A DNA stretch of 64,000 bases from Callorhinchus milii (taxonomy: Eukaryota): contig NW_024704742.1 of the NCBI RefSeq assembly GCF_018977255.1, positions 95,916,001-95,980,000 of the forward strand, given 5' to 3'. The position numbers and the translations under genes were made by a program. The notes under the pieces were generated by a model. It saw only the letters and a program-made list of their open reading frames with translations, was not told the DNA's origin and made no database searches. Position 1 is the stretch's first letter; every line of letters begins with the position of its first letter. Shown in pieces: positions 61,641 through 64,000 of this stretch.

Positions 61641-64000
61641 TAGATTGGTTTACTTCATGTCGATTGACTCATAATCATTCGCTATTTAAATATTATCAAA
61701 ATAGGACTGTAATCACCAGCATCATTTGTTTGTGGTCCATTCAGGTATGAATCCTTGCTTTTCACCTCTGCACATTGCAAGCAATATCCCATATAATTAC
61801 AGAAGTTTTGTTTTTTTTAATCCGTTTTACATTTTCAACCCGTTAGAGATAAAATTCTCTTTGGGACAAGATGAGTTGATTTCTCCCTGGGCTTTATTTA
61901 TAAAGATTGCTACCCAGTGTCAATTCATGTACCAGAAGGCTTTAAATGACCTGACTGGCATATGCACTGACAGCTGAAATTCACAGGAGGATCCCCATTG
62001 GCAATCATATCAGTCTGATGTGAATCTCCCACCTTGCAATCACAGGCGTATCAGAGATATAAAAGGCGGGAACTTTGACTGATATCTGATCAGAGCAAAT
62101 AGTTCCCAACCACATGTGTTTTCTGCCCCATCCCGCCCCCAATCACACACAAAAATTTTTAATTCCATTTAAATGAAAAATAGCTGCAGAAGATCTATAA
62201 ACAAGATACATCATGAGGATTTTGTGTGTTACAGCTGGAAGAGTAATATTGAGCATATTCAGAGTATGGGGACTTGAGCTGCAGCTCTGAGGTTTCAGTG
62301 TAAACGATACCTTTTCAGCAGAATTTATTAGGGCGAGGTCGGTAATGTGAGATGAGATAAATTTGTTTGCTGTCCTTGGGATTTTCTTTAGGCACGATCC
62401 TGTTGACATTTTCAAAGTGTTGAGAAACTAACCCATTGAGCAAGTATGAAGAGATTACCTTGTACAGTTGAGGGAAAGGAAATAAATAGCTGGGAGTGTG
62501 AAGAACAAGCTAGTTATACAGATTAACACACTCAAAAAATGACAAATTGCAGTAGTCTCATTGTCTTTCAGAACAACCCCCGCAGGCTTTTATCATGAAA
62601 CAAGTTGAACACTTTGTCATGTTATTAACACTGTAATAAGGCTGCCTGGCTTTTATCAAGTGCTTTGCTCGATGACTCTGAGCTATGTGATGATTTTAAA
62701 GCTATGCCTATTTGACATTGCGAATGGAATTAATGCCATCACATCGCTGCCTGGCCTACCCCAAAATACTCTGACCTAGCATGAAATGAGAAGATGTCTG
62801 GTCTTGAAGATTAAGTGTATGTTGCAGCCAAAGCCTGCCACAGCTGCATGATTTTGATAGACTGCAGGGAATTTTATAAGCTAGGCTCTAAATCTTGTTA
62901 ATCCTAAGGTCAAAGTTGTTACATTAACAAAATAGGCCTAAAGCAGCCTTCATAAAGTACTAAAGGAACTAAGCTGTAATGTGCCATAAAACACCAGAGT
63001 ACTTAATAAAGTTTTTATAACCAAAAATGGTTCAAAGGTGAATTTGTGAAGTGCATCAAAAGCACGCTATCATTTTTTTTGCTGCTGGAATAACTGTTTT
63101 GGCACCATTTGAGGTTAAAAACTAATGCCTTGTGAATTATACAGCCTCCAGGATTATATAGTTGGCAATCTGAAAACCCTTAGGATTTGCCTTGGAAAAA
63201 AAATGTTTGGTGGGGTAAAGATAATTGTAATGTATATTTAGCCCCGAGTGCTTTCTCCTGTGCTGCCCTTGAGATAGTCTATTGGATTTCTGTCATTGAA
63301 AACTGGCTTGTCATCAAAGGGGTGTTTCTGCTCCAATTGGTATATTATATATACTGACCGTGGAGTTTCCTGGTAATCCACTGCAAATTATTTCCCGATA
63401 TACTTGCACTAATGTCAGAACCATTAATCTTTAAGTGCGAATGTCATCACATATCAGTGATGGTGAATGTGCTGGCAGCCAGAATCTGCAGTGAGAGATG
63501 CTGTCAACACAAAAAAAAATCCGAAATTCAGCAAATCCATCCTGTGTAATTAATGCGAGGTTTCTTTTAAATAAATAACTCTGGAATAATTTCAAGGCAG
63601 AAATCTAATTGCAGGATTCTGATGCCAATTATATAAACTACTGAAAAAGCTTTGCTCTTGCAGATCCTAACATTGTCTGAACCTCTCGATTAGATTAATA
63701 CTTTGTAATTGCTCCCAGGCATCCTTTATTCTCGGTGTATTCTGTGAAATGTACAACTTTGAATGAACTGCATTTTGTTTGGGGGCTCAAGTTCATAAAC
63801 AATGTCGTACCAGTTCCAGAGCTAGGTTTTAAATGTACAATAAGGAAGACAGCCACCGAAATAAAATGAAAAGTGTTGTCAGTATTCCAGAAGGCTGTGC
63901 CTTTGGCAGCAAACCAGTAGTAAAGGTTACACGGGAGGTTACATTGGATTAAATTTCATTGGAGTCTTGTGCAATTTATGTGAGACCCCTGGCTGTTCTT

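Overview
Eukaryotic, intron-rich vertebrate DNA. The repeat content suggests a cartilaginous fish, probably a holocephalan such as elephant shark; this is an inference. The window holds about 15 kb of repeat-rich upstream DNA, a CpG-island promoter (about 15.0-16.9 kb) and the first 8 coding exons of a Groucho/TLE corepressor gene on the + strand. The exons are 24/101/64/45/63/75/205/17 nt with GT-AG introns and encode 198 aa ([34 protein letters not shown]...[16 protein letters not shown]), which is TLE1. The CcN/SP/WD40 exons lie beyond the window. Almost all entries in the ORF track are spurious. The main points of interest are: a conserved-looking intron-7 read-through isoform (Grg1-S/AES-like); a 10-aa alternative donor extension of exon 6; a 17-nt microexon with a 99-nt AG-free zone; a 76-bp sense-strand intronic hairpin carrying a Penelope-type minimal hammerhead-like core; a young tRNA-Ala(TGC)-headed SINE that shares its 3' stem-loop with an L2 LINE in the same window; nested insertions; and an unclassified repeat present twice. 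I cannot support a wholly new biological system. Family assignments are from recognition and no searches were run.
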